Of a DNA stretch of 64,000 nt, positions 50,588 through 59,317 are shown one piece after another. Position 1 is the stretch's first letter; every line of letters begins with the position of its first letter. The position numbers and the translations under genes are program-made. The stretch comes from Candidatus Hydrothermarchaeum profundi (GTDB lineage Archaea > Hydrothermarchaeota > Hydrothermarchaeia > Hydrothermarchaeales > Hydrothermarchaeaceae). The notes beneath the pieces were generated by a model, which saw only the letters and a list, made by a program, of their open reading frames with translations, was not told where the DNA came from and did no database searches. The stretch is taken from positions 1,608,989 through 1,672,988 of the forward strand of contig MTMF02000009.1 in assembly GCA_002011125.2 (NCBI GenBank), read 5' to 3'.

Positions 50588-51391
50588 TTATTCCTTCCCC
50601 ATCATCTTTAACTCGTTTCCAAACCAGAGAGTGCGCTGGGGGAATGGGATTTCAATACCGTTTTTCTCTAATGTCTTTTTGATCCTCCAAAGCAATTCTA
50701 TTTTAACACCGTACCACTCTGTTGATGGAGCCCAAACTCTTACCCTTACAAGGACACTATTATCTCCTAGCTCATCTACAAAAGCTTGAGGTTCCGGATT
50801 TTTTAATGCAAGCGGGTGTTCATCGATCAGGTTCTTTATGATCTCCACTGCCTTATCCGCATCATCAGAGTATCTTATACCAATATTATACTCGAACCGT
50901 CTCACTGGATTCGCTACGAAGTTCGTTATACTACTAGTAAAAACCTGCTCGTTTGGAACTCGCACATACAACCCGTCAAAGGTTCTTATAATCGTGGAAA
51001 TGATGCTAATGTCCTCAACAACTCCAGCTATATTGCCAATATTAACGGAGTCCCCAATTCGTATAGGTCTTTCAATCATCATGAAAACTCCAGATATTAA
51101 ATTGCTTACGATCCTCTGGCTAGCAAAACCGACCACAATTCCCGCTATTCCTCCAGCCAATAGTAATCCTGAGGGGTTTATTCCAAGCATTGGTAGTACA
51201 GAAAGCAGAGCAATCCCAATAATAGTATAATAGGTTACCTTTACTATGAGTTCGATGTGATCTTTCTTCATTCTGTCCTTGAGGCTTCTCCTCAAGTGTA
51301 TCGAGATAGCCTTTGAAATAATAAAGGCAAAACTGAGGATTATGGCGGCTTTTAAAAGTGTAAAAGGCTGTATATTTTGGATAATACTCAT
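50588..51391 (-). CDS. mscS: Small-conductance mechanosensitive channel
   Basis: Motifs GFASQRIVSNLISG, RPIRIGD, VPN and GIEIPFPQ. Confidence 0.92.
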   Translation of the reverse strand: MSIIQNIQPFTLLKAAIILSFAFIISKAISIHLRRSLKDRMKKDHIELIVKVTYYTIIGIALLSVLPMLGINPSGLLLAGGIAGIVVGFASQRIVSNLISGVFMMIERPIRIGDSVNIGNIAGVVEDISIISTIIRTFDGLYVRVPNEQVFTSSITNFVANPVRRFEYNIGIRYSDDADKAVEIIKNLIDEHPLALKNPEPQAFVDELGDNSVLVRVRVWAPSTEWYGVKIELLWRIKKTLEKNGIEIPFPQRTLWFGNELKMMGKE

Positions 51392-52104
51392 ACCCCCGCC
51401 TCCATTACAAATTTAGCTGTTGAAAGGGTAATCTTTCTCGACGTATAAATCTCCACGCTTTTATCCATACCCTTTATCAATGGAGCATCAGAAAACCCTG
51501 TCTCAGCAATGCTTGAGTTTAATATCTTCATTTTAGCTATCATTGATACGAGCTTGTCATTATAATAAATTTTCATTCCAAAAGAATTAAACACCGCTTT
51601 TTTAACTTCAACCCACTCTGAAGAGTCATTCTCAATTCTCAGTTCAATAACGCCTTCCTTGAGAATATCAGTCTTAGGTATACTGGTATTCACATCACTT
51701 TTATAGTATTTGCATACTACGCCTCTCCTTACATCACCATAGAGCGTATATTTCGGTTTAGTGAAAGTAAAGATATCGAAATTATCATAATCACCTTTAA
51801 TCTTAAAGAAAGCACCAATTTCTATTGGAAACCTAATATATACCTTATTCTTAGTTTTTGGTTCTACTAACAAAGGCTTTTGCAGTTCAATAAGCAAAAA
51901 AGGTGTTATCGTCTTTGTAAGATTTACAGGCTCCACTGGGCAGAGGTAAATTTCATTTCTTTTTGTAAACAGAAGTTTCTCAACCTTTTCATCATGAGTC
52001 TCTCTTATGTAAATGTATCCACTATCTTTACTTCTGACAGAGATAGTTATATTCTTTTCTTTTAATTCGAAGGGGAGAGTGTGAAGCCCGTATATAGATT
52101 CCAT
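51388..52104 (-). CDS. DUF432-like protein
   Basis: Motifs PVEPVNL, FPIEIG and KYTLYG; coupled to mscS. Confidence 0.75.
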   Translation of the reverse strand: MESIYGLHTLPFELKEKNITISVRSKDSGYIYIRETHDEKVEKLLFTKRNEIYLCPVEPVNLTKTITPFLLIELQKPLLVEPKTKNKVYIRFPIEIGAFFKIKGDYDNFDIFTFTKPKYTLYGDVRRGVVCKYYKSDVNTSIPKTDILKEGVIELRIENDSSEWVEVKKAVFNSFGMKIYYNDKLVSMIAKMKILNSSIAETGFSDAPLIKGMDKSVEIYTSRKITLSTAKFVMEAGV

Positions 52105-52196
52105 AGGATTAAATCATCTAATTAGCTTATATTCTTTTGGCTAAGATAGTTTCTTTTCAAGAAAAAGTGAGATAAATCTCTCTGATAAATTAGAGA

Positions 52197-52535
52197 TCAA
52201 TCCAAATTACGGAGTACTGAATCTATTTTGGATTTCAAATGATCTTTTGGTACCGCCCCTACAATTCTCTCTACGGGTCTTCCCTTATGGAAAATACTCA
52301 ATGTAGGTATGCTCATAACACCATATTTTACTGCTATAGTTTGATTTTTATCTGTGTCTAATTTCGCAAATTTTAATTTTCCTTTGTATTCTTTTGACAG
52401 CTCTTCAAAGACAGGCGCTATCATCCTACAAGGTGGACACCACTCTGCCCAGAAATCCACTATAACCGGTATATCCGATTCTAATACTTCCTCCCTCCAA
52501 TTTTTCTCATTCACTTCGAAAAGATTCTCATGCAT
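52197..52535 (-). CDS. trxA: Thioredoxin
   Basis: DFWAEWCPPC and SIPT. Start set at the ATG at 52535 after a GAGGTG RBS. Confidence 0.92.
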   Translation of the reverse strand: MHENLFEVNEKNWREEVLESDIPVIVDFWAEWCPPCRMIAPVFEELSKEYKGKLKFAKLDTDKNQTIAVKYGVMSIPTLSIFHKGRPVERIVGAVPKDHLKSKIDSVLRNLD

Positions 52536-52549
52536 ATCCAGCACCTCTT

Positions 52550-52732
52550 TCAACTTGGTGTAATCGCTCCCTTTGGACATGCAGCAACACATGCGAAGCA
52601 ACCTAAACACCTTTGTTCATCCACTATAACCTTGCCAATTTTATAATTGTACTTCATTGCTCCACTTAAGCATGCCTTTGCTGCACCACACCAGGGGTTA
52701 TTGTCACACAAGCTCTCTTTTATTGTTACCAT
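52550..52732 (-). CDS. Small ferredoxin
   Basis: CDNNPWCGAAKAC and CLGCFACVAACP. Start set at the ATG at 52732. Confidence 0.8.
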   Translation of the reverse strand: MVTIKESLCDNNPWCGAAKACLSGAMKYNYKIGKVIVDEQRCLGCFACVAACPKGAITPS

Positions 52733-52860
52733 TATTAGACCTCTTTTTTGGAGATTCGAAAATAACAACCGCAATAATATTTATTCTAATTTGTTCACCA
52801 AAAATGAACAATAATAATAAATATCCTGCACCTGTAAAAAGATAAAAGGAGGGAAATCAA

Positions 52861-53604
52861 ATGGATATCGAAATAGTAGAAACAACTCCAATAAAAATGA
52901 ACGAACCCCTTATCCTAAGTGGCCTTCCAGAAGTAGGATTAGTAGGATCGATAGCAGCAATGCATGTGGTTGAGGAACTCAATATTAGAGAGGTTGGTTT
53001 TATAGAATCAGAATATATGCCGCCTGTTAGTGTGGTGCATAATAAAAAACTATTAAGCCCATTAAGGATGTATGCTGACTCCTCGTTAATACTAGTGCTC
53101 TCAGAGATTCCCGTACCACCTAGCATGTATTATCCTCTATCCAAAAAGTTAGCGATGTGGTATAAGAAAAAGAATCCTAGGATGGTAGTATTATTAGGGG
53201 GGATAGCTGTTCCTAACCGCGAGGAAATAGAAAAACCAAAAGTAGTTGGAGTAGCTTCCGACGAAGAGGCCCTCAGATTTCTAGAAAAAAACAATGTCGA
53301 AATTTTAGAAGAAGGATTCCTAGTAGGAATCCATAGTCTCATACTTAAAGAGTGTTCAAAGGGGGGCATACCCGCAGTTTACTTAATGGCAGAATCACAT
53401 TATGGAATACCAGATCCTGGGGCAGCGGCAAAAGTCCTTGAAACTCTAAACGAGGGATTTGGTTTGAATTTAGATGTAAAAAAACTAATAGAAAAAGATG
53501 AAGAGATCAGAGTCATGGCAAGAGACCTAATGAGGAGAACCACAGAATCAATGCGTGTGATGAGCAAACCACAGGAAGAGGATCTACCTGTGATGTATAG
53601 GTGA
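52861..53604 (+). CDS. Proteasome assembly chaperone (PAC2/PbaA-B) family
   Basis: Motifs GLPEVGLVGSIA and PDPGAAA; C-terminal MYR resembles an HbYX motif. Confidence 0.88.
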   Translation: MDIEIVETTPIKMNEPLILSGLPEVGLVGSIAAMHVVEELNIREVGFIESEYMPPVSVVHNKKLLSPLRMYADSSLILVLSEIPVPPSMYYPLSKKLAMWYKKKNPRMVVLLGGIAVPNREEIEKPKVVGVASDEEALRFLEKNNVEILEEGFLVGIHSLILKECSKGGIPAVYLMAESHYGIPDPGAAAKVLETLNEGFGLNLDVKKLIEKDEEIRVMARDLMRRTTESMRVMSKPQEEDLPVMYR

Positions 53605-53605
53605 G

Positions 53606-54004
53606 GTGGGAGAGATGGAGAGAAAGGATTTTCTTAGTATTTTTAATCTAATAGAAGAAAGCTCAAGCTGGGATATCCACCGGAAATGCATGGAGCCTTT
53701 GATTTATATAAGCGAAACAAGTGATGAGATAATTATAACAGTGGACCTTCCCTGCGTCACAAAAGAGAATATAACGGTGAGAGCAACTGAAGACTCTATT
53801 GAGATAGAAGCCAAAGTAAGAACTCCACTGAAATTTGAAAGATGGGGCGTCAGACAGAGAGAAACGTTTTTCAGCTCTTTCAAGAAAGTTGTAAAATTAA
53901 GCTCAAAGATAGATACGGAAAAAGTGAAAGCAAAGTTTAGGAAAGGTATCCTCAAAATTGTAGCTCCTAAGATAATAAAAAAGAGAGAAATTAAAGTCGA
54001 ATAA
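53606..54004 (+). CDS. Small heat shock protein (Hsp20)
   Basis: Motifs VDLPCV and AKFRKGILKI, with a C-terminal IKVE. Confidence 0.85.
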   Translation: MGEMERKDFLSIFNLIEESSSWDIHRKCMEPLIYISETSDEIIITVDLPCVTKENITVRATEDSIEIEAKVRTPLKFERWGVRQRETFFSSFKKVVKLSSKIDTEKVKAKFRKGILKIVAPKIIKKREIKVE

Positions 54005-54073
54005 AATTTCCCTTACTGCAATTAACCTAAAAACCGCAACGGTATTATATGAGGGAATAGTAGAAAGTGAGAT

Positions 54074-54469
54074 ATGAAAGCCGCCACACTACTAGCAGTC
54101 CTTTTAATCGCAGGATGCCTAGGTAGTAGCCAGAGCATAAAGCTTAACATAGAAGTTGAGCCAAACAAAGTTGCTCTAGAGGAACCGGAACCTATAAGTA
54201 TTAAAGTAAATGCTATCAATATTGGACCATCCAGAGAAACCATATCCGCAGGAGTGACAGAGACCCAAGGCCTAAAAGTAATAGAGCCTAATAAAACAGT
54301 ATTTACATTAAAAAACGGCGAGAGTAGAACAATAGTCTTTACAGCATTGCTTACTACAGATGCAGTGCCTGGAGATTATATAATTGATGTACAAGTGAAA
54401 ACAGAAAGCGGAGAGATCGTACAAGACAGAGCAAAGATCACAGTGGTCCAAAAGAAAGGCCTATTATGA
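54074..54469 (+). CDS. Putative lipoprotein with a beta-sandwich domain
   Basis: Signal peptide with a LIAGC lipobox and a beta-rich mature region (PGDYIIDV). Confidence 0.7.
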   Translation: MKAATLLAVLLIAGCLGSSQSIKLNIEVEPNKVALEEPEPISIKVNAINIGPSRETISAGVTETQGLKVIEPNKTVFTLKNGESRTIVFTALLTTDAVPGDYIIDVQVKTESGEIVQDRAKITVVQKKGLL

Positions 54470-54470
54470 T

Positions 54471-54545
<75 letters not shown>

Positions 54546-54617
54546 TTCTTTTTGTTCAAATATTTTTAATTACGCAATGGCTTTCAGATCTGTTAACATC
54601 ACTTAGGTACATAATCA

Positions 54618-54779
54618 CTACTTTTGATTAACTTCATTTATAAAACCGAGTTCTTCAATATAGTGATGTATAGCTATTTCACAGAACTGTGCCCTTGACT
54701 TATAAAGACCTATGTTTACCTTATCATCTATCAATTTTACTAAACCTTCCGCTAACCTTAAATTCACGCTTACACTCAT
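54618..54779 (-). CDS. Ribbon-helix-helix (CopG-like) protein
   Basis: SVNLRL...LIDDKV..GLYKSRAQF; GGAGGT RBS before the ATG at 54779. Confidence 0.75.
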   Translation of the reverse strand: MSVSVNLRLAEGLVKLIDDKVNIGLYKSRAQFCEIAIHHYIEELGFINEVNQK

Positions 54780-54926
54780 ATTTATACCTCCTTTAATGTA
54801 ATAGTGCTTTCTCACGTAAATTTCTTTGTTTAAACATGCGGTAACCCATTAAAATTATATACAAAAAATTTCCAAGTAAATTTTTAACTTTATTTTATCA
54901 AAAGAATTCTACCGTATATTGAAATT

Positions 54927-55808
54927 CTACACAAGCTCCCCATTAGCTACTAAGAGAACCCTTCCCCCAACAAGTATCTCTATTTTGTTATCCCTAAGTT
55001 CCGCCTTTAGATAAATCAGAGAGGGTCTGCCAACCTCATACCCTTGTTCTACTTTAATGTCAATCCTCTCCTTACCAAAATAGCGATACTTAACAAGATA
55101 CCCTGCCAGAGCACCATTAGCACTTCCCGTAGCAGGGTCTTCAGGTATTCCATAGTACTCTGCAAAAACCCTTGCACTTATATCATTACTGCTATCCCGA
55201 GTTTCGGGACAAAATGCTAAAATAGCTTTAGATTGAGTACATTTTATTAACCGATAGTATCTATCCTTATTGACTTCTATCCTTTTCAATGCTCCTAGAC
55301 TCTTAAGCGGGACTATTATGAAAGAAAGTCCAGTAGAAGCTTCTTGAATAGGATAGCGTTCATCTATATCGCTCTTATCTATACCTAACACTCTAGAGAT
55401 AGACTTCGAATCCAAAATTTGACCAAAAGAGGGGTTAAATTGTTTCATCCATAGGGTGCTAACCTCTTTTCTACGATATTTCAATAGCACAGGTATTCTA
55501 CCAGACTTTAAGTCTAAGTTTATTGTAGGTGTTTGGCGCTTTAGAATTTCTTTTTGTATCACATAAGCAGACCCCAGTACTGGATGCCCCGCAAAATGTA
55601 TTTCTCTTTTTGGTGTAAAAATCCTAGTAGGATAACCTCCATTTTTTCTTTTAATAGAAACAAATGTTGTTTCAGAGTAATTCATTTCCATCGCGATTTT
55701 CTGCATTTCGTCAGATGAAAAAGCTTGGGTACCTAAAAATACCGCCAAAGGATTTCCAGTAAATCTTCTCTTAGCAAAAACATCCACTATGAAAAATTTA
55801 GATTTCAT
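54927..55808 (-). CDS. PhzF-family isomerase
   Basis: Motifs VDVF...GNPLAV, SETTF, FAGHP and EDPATGSA. Confidence 0.93.
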   Translation of the reverse strand: MKSKFFIVDVFAKRRFTGNPLAVFLGTQAFSSDEMQKIAMEMNYSETTFVSIKRKNGGYPTRIFTPKREIHFAGHPVLGSAYVIQKEILKRQTPTINLDLKSGRIPVLLKYRRKEVSTLWMKQFNPSFGQILDSKSISRVLGIDKSDIDERYPIQEASTGLSFIIVPLKSLGALKRIEVNKDRYYRLIKCTQSKAILAFCPETRDSSNDISARVFAEYYGIPEDPATGSANGALAGYLVKYRYFGKERIDIKVEQGYEVGRPSLIYLKAELRDNKIEILVGGRVLLVANGELV

Positions 55809-55811
55809 CCC

Positions 55812-56462
55812 TTATAGAATTCTAATCCCGCCAATTATAAATCCTACGCCAAACCAACATAAAAGCAATCCACAAGCACTAAAGACGATAGCATGTACTT
55901 TTCTTGTCCAAAGCTTCCTTGACTTAAAAACCGAAAAGGAAACAAACCAATCCCAAGCAAGGTCACAAAGCCAATGTACGACAGCGAACACTGCAAAACC
56001 AATAAACCCAAAGGTAGCAGCACGTGAGATTAATGTTAAGCCAACTGTAGCCCACCAGAGAATAAAATAAGGGTTTGACCCTGTTGCGAGTATCCCTCCT
56101 AATACGGGCCCATAACTAACATCTCTCTCACTATACTCGGGGTTTCCTCTAACTTTTATTAGACTTATCCCCATATATACTAAGAGTAAACCTCCAATTA
56201 TCCCTATAGCTCTAAGAAATAAAGTAGATGTAAGATAATTAGAAAAACCGAGATATATTAGAAGTATTAGAGGAATCTCCACTATACCGTGTCCGGCAGC
56301 AACCCATGCTCCAGCATTTTTGTCCTTATGCCCTTTTGCAATAGTTACAGTTAACACCGGCCCCGGTGCTAAAACACCCGATAAGGATACTACGACAGTT
56401 ATCGCTAGAAAACCTAATAGGCCAACATTATTGACCATCAAAAGCAATGATTCAATTCCCAT
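55812..56462 (-). CDS. LysE-family transporter
   Basis: Motifs SGVLAPGP, GHGIVE and NPYFILWW. Confidence 0.88.
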   Translation of the reverse strand: MGIESLLLMVNNVGLLGFLAITVVVSLSGVLAPGPVLTVTIAKGHKDKNAGAWVAAGHGIVEIPLILLIYLGFSNYLTSTLFLRAIGIIGGLLLVYMGISLIKVRGNPEYSERDVSYGPVLGGILATGSNPYFILWWATVGLTLISRAATFGFIGFAVFAVVHWLCDLAWDWFVSFSVFKSRKLWTRKVHAIVFSACGLLLCWFGVGFIIGGIRIL

Positions 56463-56535
56463 GACTATTCCTCTTTGCTAGATCAAACCTTTGTGAAAAA
56501 ATTTTATAGATGAGTTATTTAAAGGATAACGTAGG

Positions 56536-56718
56536 ATGTCCAATATGGAGCACTGGAAGTGCACAATTGCGGATAGGAATACCATGGCCCATGGCTTACG
56601 AAACTTGCCTTACTGTGATAATAAGCACACTTTTATCGGCTTAACGGCTGATTGCAGGACTAATCCTACCCAAAGGGGTAAAAACTGTGATTTGTTCCCA
56701 ATTGGTAAGGTCTTATGA
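56536..56718 (+). CDS. Small Cys-containing protein, possibly a degenerate CDGSH-like domain
   Basis: GLRNLPYCDNKH; its stop overlaps the start of the macrodomain gene (ATGA). Confidence 0.35.
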   Translation: MSNMEHWKCTIADRNTMAHGLRNLPYCDNKHTFIGLTADCRTNPTQRGKNCDLFPIGKVL

Positions 56719-57245
56719 TTATAAAGAAGATAAAAGATTCAGAAATCGTTTTAAAAAAAAGGGACATAACAGACGAAGAAACCGATGCAATAGTAAACGC
56801 TGCTAATGAGAGACTTATCCACGGAGGAGGAGTCGCTGGAGCAATAGTGAGAAAGGGAGGTAGAATTATTCAAGAGGAGTCTAATAAGATAGGAAGAGTA
56901 CGAGTGGGAGATGTTGCTGTTACTGGGGCAGGTGCACTAAAAGCGAAATATGTTATCCACGCCGTTGGACCTAGAATGGGGGAAGGAGAAGAGGATAAGA
57001 AATTAAAAAACGCGACTATAAACAGCCTTAAGAAAGCTGAAGAATTAAATTTAAAGAGTATAGCTTTCCCAGCAATAAGTACTGGCATCTTTGGTTTCCC
57101 CAAAGATAGATGTGCGCGCATAATGCTTAATAGCATCAAGGAATATCTAGAGAGGGATACATCAATCCAAAGAGTAGTATTCTGCTTATTCTCGGATAAT
57201 GATTATAAGATATTCGAAGAAACCCTCAACGAAATTTTAGGGTAG
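56715..57245 (+). CDS. Macro domain protein (MacroD type)
   Basis: Motifs DIT, AIVNAAN, HGGGVAGAI, VIHAVGP and FPAISTGIFGFP. Confidence 0.94.
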   Translation: MIIKKIKDSEIVLKKRDITDEETDAIVNAANERLIHGGGVAGAIVRKGGRIIQEESNKIGRVRVGDVAVTGAGALKAKYVIHAVGPRMGEGEEDKKLKNATINSLKKAEELNLKSIAFPAISTGIFGFPKDRCARIMLNSIKEYLERDTSIQRVVFCLFSDNDYKIFEETLNEILG

Positions 57246-57884
57246 TTTGGAAGCGAATTCCCTTAAATCTCTGACCACATGATCGCCATTTATCCTCCCA
57301 GTTCTATCAATCAAAAAAGAGTTGATGCCCACCTCTCGTGGAACTTCAAAGTCGAACCTTTCGTGATCACCTATATGAGCTATCTCACTCGGCCTCACTT
57401 GGAGAATATCGCAAATTTGCCAGTAAAATTTATGAGACTTTCTTACGAGACCAAAATCTGAAGTAGAGGAAAAGATATAATCTAAGTAATCTTCTAACTC
57501 TACCAACGAGACCTCTAAGAATTCTCGAGAGGCATTAGAAGTCACAATTAATTCGTATCTACCAGACAAGTCTTTCAGTACCTCTTTTACCTCTGGGAAA
57601 ATCTTAACTTTATCTTTGTATTGCCTTATCAAATTCGCTGGATTACCTTCTAGACCGAGTTCTCTAAACCAATAATCCGGGAGATACCACCTTAAATCTT
57701 CATCACCTATTTCATCGTATTTTTTTCGCAAAATTTCTTTAGCTGCCTGAAAATCTATACTATATTTCATAGCGTACAGCCTAGGCATACCCTCATTCCA
57801 CACCAGATCTACAAATCCATGCTCGACGAGAGTTCCATCAACATCAAAAGACACTATCTTAATCATTTCTACCACAAAGCCCAT
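57237..57884 (-). CDS. HAD-family hydrolase
   Basis: Motifs FDVDGTL, TSNA and HIGD. Confidence 0.88.
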   Translation of the reverse strand: MGFVVEMIKIVSFDVDGTLVEHGFVDLVWNEGMPRLYAMKYSIDFQAAKEILRKKYDEIGDEDLRWYLPDYWFRELGLEGNPANLIRQYKDKVKIFPEVKEVLKDLSGRYELIVTSNASREFLEVSLVELEDYLDYIFSSTSDFGLVRKSHKFYWQICDILQVRPSEIAHIGDHERFDFEVPREVGINSFLIDRTGRINGDHVVRDLREFASKLP

Positions 57885-57981
57885 TTAGTTATCTTAACAT
57901 CTTTTAAAAAGGCTCTAATGAAGTTTTCTTCTAGATTAATAATCGCTGGATTTTTATAATAAGAATACGGGACTAGTATCT

Positions 57982-58401
57982 ATGAAAGTCGAAACAAAAT
58001 ATCTGTCGATTGACGTAAAAGCAGATGTAGATATAAAAGATATCACAAATGATGTTCAGAACGCTGTGCGAGAATCTGGAGTAAAAAATGGGATTGTAAC
58101 TATTTTCGTGCCTGGATCAACAGGCTCAGTAAGCACGATGGAATACGAGCCAGGCCTTTTAAAAGATATACCCCGAGCTTTGGAAACTATTGCACCTAGT
58201 AACATAGACTACGAGCATCATAAAACATGGCATGACGATAACGGTAAGAGCCATGTAAGAGCAACAATAATGGGCCCTAGCATTGTAGTGCCCATAGTAG
58301 ATGGTAGAGTAATACATGGCACCTGGCAACAAATAGTCTTTCTAAACTTTGATACTCGCCCAAGGAGAAGACAGGTTGTATTGCAGATTATGGGCCTTTA
58401 G
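57982..58401 (+). CDS. YjbQ / UPF0047 family protein
   Basis: Motifs DITNDV, YEHH...NGKSH and GTWQQI. Confidence 0.9.
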   Translation: MKVETKYLSIDVKADVDIKDITNDVQNAVRESGVKNGIVTIFVPGSTGSVSTMEYEPGLLKDIPRALETIAPSNIDYEHHKTWHDDNGKSHVRATIMGPSIVVPIVDGRVIHGTWQQIVFLNFDTRPRRRQVVLQIMGL

Positions 58402-59317
58402 ATAAAAAGTGCTCTACCTCTTTTAAGGTAGGGTAACTGCTCCAACCATACCCAGTAACGCTCAACGCTGCTGCTGCATTCGCAAACTTTAAACATCTTT
58501 CTAAGCTTTTTCCTTTTAAATAGTAGACTACAAAACCTGCACAAAATACGTCACCAGCCCCCGTAGTATCTACCTCATCTACCCTGAAAGCAGGCGCCTT
58601 AATCATATCATTTCCATCCGTTGCAAGACACCCTCCTTTACCCATCTTGATAACTACTAAAGGTACCCCCAGCTCAATATATCTACCGGCTAACTTTTCA
58701 ATTTCCTTTTCTTGAAGTACTCCTTTAATCCCTAAAATCCTTTTGGCCTCAGCTAAATTAGGAAAGAAAAGATCGACCTCAGGCAAAATCTTCTTCAGCG
58801 TATTAACCTTTTCTCTACTCCACCCGCCAGGGTCCCATCCGGTATCAAAGCTCTTCAAGGCATCAATACTCTCTATTAAATCTAGATAATGGCTTTGCAT
58901 TTTTTCTAACAAGAAAAAGGAGGGCAAGTGAACTAGGTCTGCTTTTATATCCTCTACGCAAATATCTTCAAGTGACAATTCGGAATTGCTTCCTCTATAT
59001 GTTATAAAAGACCTCTCATCTTTCTGTACGAGGGAGATAGTTACTCCGGTCTTACCGGAAGTTCTAACGCCACTCAAATTAACTCCGGATTTTTTCAAAA
59101 TATCAAGAACAAAGTTTGCAAATATATCATTTCCGAGTTTACCGAAGAGTTTGACTTTCATCCCCAACTTTGAACAAGCATAAGCAAAGTTTGCAGCACA
59201 TCCGCCGCCATGGATCTGTAAGTCATCAACCAATACCTGACGGCCTCTATAAGGCATCTTCTTTAAAGGAACTATCAAATCGACATTGATATCCCCAATC
59301 GAAGCTATATCGCTCAT
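58388..59317 (-). CDS. PfkB-family carbohydrate kinase
   Basis: Motifs GGCAAN, PNLAE and DTTGAGDVF. Confidence 0.92.
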   Translation of the reverse strand: MSDIASIGDINVDLIVPLKKMPYRGRQVLVDDLQIHGGGCAANFAYACSKLGMKVKLFGKLGNDIFANFVLDILKKSGVNLSGVRTSGKTGVTISLVQKDERSFITYRGSNSELSLEDICVEDIKADLVHLPSFFLLEKMQSHYLDLIESIDALKSFDTGWDPGGWSREKVNTLKKILPEVDLFFPNLAEAKRILGIKGVLQEKEIEKLAGRYIELGVPLVVIKMGKGGCLATDGNDMIKAPAFRVDEVDTTGAGDVFCAGFVVYYLKGKSLERCLKFANAAAALSVTGYGWSSYPTLKEVEHFLSKGP

